NCBI GenBank assembly: GCA_001600695.1
Contig: BCKQ01000001.1
Span: 183,392-247,391, forward strand
Length of the DNA stretch: 64,000 bases
DNA from: Ascoidea asiatica JCM 7603
Taxonomy: Eukaryota; Fungi; Ascomycota
Direction: 5' to 3'
Each line of letters opens with the position of its first letter. Positions within the stretch are counted from its first letter, which is position 1. The translations under genes and the position numbers were made by a program. Below are positions 60,762-64,000 of this stretch, in pieces. Under the pieces are notes generated by a model, which worked only from the letters and a program-made list of their open reading frames with translations, made no database searches and had not been told where the DNA came from.

Positions 60762-61337
60762 TCATTGAAGACTATTTTGTAAATTTATTTTATTTCTTAT
60801 GGCTTCAAATGGGTTCAACTTGAAATTTTGATCTTTTAAAACACTTGAGAAATTTTTACTTTCATTTTTTGATATTATTCTTACACTATTTAAATTTTTA
60901 TGAGGATTTGGTTGATGAACTGGTTCTTTCTTTTTAATATATTTTCCAGTACCATTAATTTCTTGGGGAAGGCTGGTATGAATATTGTTATAGTTTCCAA
61001 TATTTTGACCATTAGTAGGTAAAACATCTAATAAATCATTTAATTTTGGTTTTAAAGAATCTCTTAATTTTCTTTTTCTTCTTCTTATAGAAGATTTTGA
61101 TAAATTTTCAAGATTGATTTTCGCAGTTGAAGAACTTTGTAAATGATTTTGAAAATTTTCACTTTTAGCTAGCTGCTTATCCTTTTTAGTTTCTTGGTTT
61201 AATAAATGTAAGAAATTTTTCTCATTTTCTTTTACAATTTGTTTTTTATTATGATTTTTATTCAATGTTGCAGTTGAAGAGGTTGCTAAATTCTTACTTG
61301 CTTTTGATCTAAGAGTGGTTCTTTTCTTAACAGCCAT
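60762..61337 (-). CDS. SLX9: Ribosome biogenesis protein Slx9
   Basis: KKRTTLRSK, TKKDKQ..KS..F, SKSSIRRRKRKLRDSLKPKLNDLL and FKLNPFEAIR. Confidence 0.8.
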   Translation of the reverse strand: MAVKKRTTLRSKASKNLATSSTATLNKNHNKKQIVKENEKNFLHLLNQETKKDKQLAKSENFQNHLQSSSTAKINLENLSKSSIRRRKRKLRDSLKPKLNDLLDVLPTNGQNIGNYNNIHTSLPQEINGTGKYIKKKEPVHQPNPHKNLNSVRIISKNESKNFSSVLKDQNFKLNPFEAIRNKINLQNSLQ

Positions 61338-61927
61338 GTTTTTATAATGAATTTCAAATCAGAATTAAACCAGTAGTTATTGATAATTTGAAATATTTCT
61401 TTCTGCCAGCAGTACTTTTTCTCCTCGATTGATTCTTCGATTGATTCTTTGATTGATTTTTTTATAATTCTTTTCTTTTATAATTTATTTTTTGATTTTG
61501 AAATTATAAAAATAATTTTAAGGTGAACCGTAATTCTGGCTTCCGCTGAGTCAGTGATTACTCATTCACGTGATTTGGAAAGGCTGAATGAATTTAAAAT
61601 TATCTTAAAAAATTCAAATTTTCTAAGCAAATCACCAAGTTTTGAAGTTAGTTGCAAGTGAATTTTGAAAAATTGTAAGAAAACGAGAAGAAAAGGACTG
61701 AAATTGAAGAAAGAATTAGTAAAATAAAATAGATCTTGAATAGAATAAGGAACAATTATAATATAATATTTAAAATCATTTATTTTGTTTTTTAATATAA
61801 ATAATAATATTCTATATTTTTCCTATTGCTAGATAATTTATGATTTCAAATTGATCATAATTTAAAAAACTAATTTTGTACTATAAATATATATATACTG
61901 TATATAATTAAAATATTGATTAAAAAA

Positions 61928-62425
61928 ATGACAAAAACTTCATTTGTGACTTCCTTATCATTAGCAGCTATGCTTGGATATGTTATTTATTTTGATTATA
62001 ATCGTCGTCATTCAGCAGAATTTCGTAAAAGTTTAAGAGATTCAGAAAAATCACATTTAAAAAATTTAAATGAAAAAAAACAAAAAGTTAAATCAATTGG
62101 AATGGAATCAATTAAAAAGAAATTATTAGCATCATTAGAAGCAGATCCAATACCAACAGATTTTAAAGATAAACAAAGTTCATTTATGGAACAAATTGGT
62201 AAAGCAGAACAATTATCTGCAGTACCTGGTAAAGAAATAGAATCTGCTTTATGTTTTTATAGAAGTTTAGCAGTTTATCCAAATCCAACTGAATTATTAG
62301 CAGTTTATCAAAGAACAGTATCTGAAGAAATTTATGAAATTTTAGTTTCAATGATTGCAATTCATCCACCAACTGCAGTTGCAAATATTTTAGGAGAATC
62401 TGCAGCTTCTTTAGTTCAAGATTAA
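61928..62425 (+). CDS. TOM20: Mitochondrial import receptor Tom20 (start moved to the first ATG, 61928)
   Basis: GYVIYFDYNRRHSAEFRKSL and ALCFYRSLAVYPNPTELLAVYQRTV. Confidence 0.92.
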   Translation: MTKTSFVTSLSLAAMLGYVIYFDYNRRHSAEFRKSLRDSEKSHLKNLNEKKQKVKSIGMESIKKKLLASLEADPIPTDFKDKQSSFMEQIGKAEQLSAVPGKEIESALCFYRSLAVYPNPTELLAVYQRTVSEEIYEILVSMIAIHPPTAVANILGESAASLVQD

Positions 62426-62892
62426 TTTTTAGATAAAAAAAAAAAAAAGAATTAAAGGTAAAATTAAAAAAGGAAATAAAATTTTAATATTATAATAAAA
62501 TCATAGGTGGGTTATAAAAATTCATAGATAGAGTTAAATTTTTTTTTTTTTTAATGACTATAATTAGTATTAATCAATTATCATTTTCTATAAAAATGTA
62601 TCAGCGTTATAAAATTTTCTTATAATTTTTCTTTTATTTTTAATTTGATTATTATTCTATCAATTTTTTTTTAAATATTATTAGTATCTATTTATTTGTG
62701 TTACTTTAAGTTTTTTTCTGTAAATATTATGATTTTTTTTTTTTTTACATTAACTAATCTGTAATAATATTTAATTGAATATTATATGATATCAAATTCA
62801 GGAAAAAAAAAAAATGAGTATTTATAATTTATAAGTTAGAATTCAAACATTTTTAAAGAAAAATGAATGTTTTTATTAATTTACATAGATAA

Positions 62893-63849
62893 TTATTTAG
62901 TTTCATCTAAAGTTTCAATTTTTTTTGATTCAACTTTAGTTTCTTCTTTAGATTCTTCTTTTGGTTCATCTTTTGATACTGGTTTACTTGCTTCAGTTTC
63001 AGATTCAGAATCATCAGAAGAACTAAATTGTTCAGCAGTTGATGGAGCATCAGAAGCACCAGAATTCATACTAGCTAATTTTGAAAAATCAGGCATACCA
63101 TCTTTACCACCCATACCTTGCATAGCAGCTAATTTTGAGAAATCTGGCATACCACCTTGACCACCCATACCAGCCATTGCAGACATATCTGGCATTCCAG
63201 GCATACCACCCATTCCTGGCATACCACCTGGCATTCCACCCATACCTGGCATACCACCAGGCATACCGCCACCATTTTTCATTAATTCACTAAAATCATA
63301 ATCTTCTGGACCACCTAAAGGTTTTGATAAATCCATTGGATCTGGTTTTTCATCAATAATTTCATCTTGTTCATCTTCATCAACCCATTTATTAAAATCA
63401 GTTTTAATATAATGTAATTTTAATTTTTCTTTCATTAATCTTGGCCAATATTCTTCTAAATTTTCACTTTTTTGTATAACGAAATTAATTCCATTACCAG
63501 AAATTTGATTTGTTGATAATTCTGGATTAATTTCTTTAAAAAAATTAACATCAAATTTATAATGAATTGATTCATCATATTCTGAATCACATTCAAAATT
63601 TAAAGATGTTTTATTTAAATTAATTTTAACATTAATTGGATCTAAAACTTCAATTTTTAAATATATAATATTTTTTTCACTGATTTCTTTATTTGAACGT
63701 TGAGCCCATAAAACTATAAAAAAAGAAAATATAAAACAAAAGATTTATTAATTGTTAGTATCTAAATTTGAATAAATTTAAAGAATTTGAAAAATTAGAA
63801 TAAAAATGAATGGATACATACTTGAAGGATGCATAGTAGAATTAGACAT
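62893..63849 (-). CDS. SBA1: Hsp90 co-chaperone p23/Sba1. Exons 63849-63822 and 63713-62893; intron 63821-63714
   Basis: Splicing GTATGT...TACTAAC...TAG gives MSNSTMHPSILWAQRS. YWPRLMKEKLKLHYIKTDFNKWVDEDEQ and a GGMP-rich tail; 282 aa. Confidence 0.93.
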
Positions 63850-64000
63850 TTTTGAATTGTATATTTATATTAGAAGTAAATGATAATTGATATATTTTAT
63901 TGACAATTTTGAATGGAATTGAAATTATAAATAATAAATAAATAATAGAAAAGAAGAAAGTGAAGAAGAAACCAAGTGAATTTAGAGAATTAATTCTAGT

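Noticed and set aside
61916-61927. ORF-track TTG start for TOM20
   Set aside because: An in-frame ATG in an A-rich context at 61928 is the likely eukaryotic start.

Overview
Very AT-rich nuclear DNA from a budding yeast (Saccharomycotina). Spliceosomal introns use GTATGT/GTAAGT donors and (T/C)ACTAAC-like branch points, and many proteins carry poly-Asn inserts. The style suggests an Ascoidea-like yeast, but that is inference only. I count 23 intact protein genes and one pseudogene. Five genes are spliced and were missed or truncated by the ORF track: HCH1, MIX14, NSA2, TUB2 and SBA1. Conserved genes: APS1, CDC27, LCP5, NSA2, TUB2, TRF4/PAP2, ADE16/17, IRS4/TAX4, SLX9, TOM20, SBA1, HCH1, MIX14. 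Cell-surface or accessory genes: two Mnn4/LicD paralogs, a degenerate WSC sensor, a Pir protein, a membrane-anchored histidine-phosphatase-like protein, a TauD dioxygenase and a Dal5/Fen2-type MFS permease. The best candidate for something undescribed is a pair of inverted, paralogous, Cys-free secreted proteins (292-858 and 13565-14101). They share an ungapped 85-aa C-terminal domain at 72% identity that ends in a hydrophobic hairpin, and they share promoter motifs. Other notable items: a GRE2-like gene inactivated by just two point changes, several perfect fold-back inverted repeats, recurring GC-rich promoter islands and an orphan gene facing an MCB cluster. I found no supportable tRNA, rRNA, CRISPR array or transposon.
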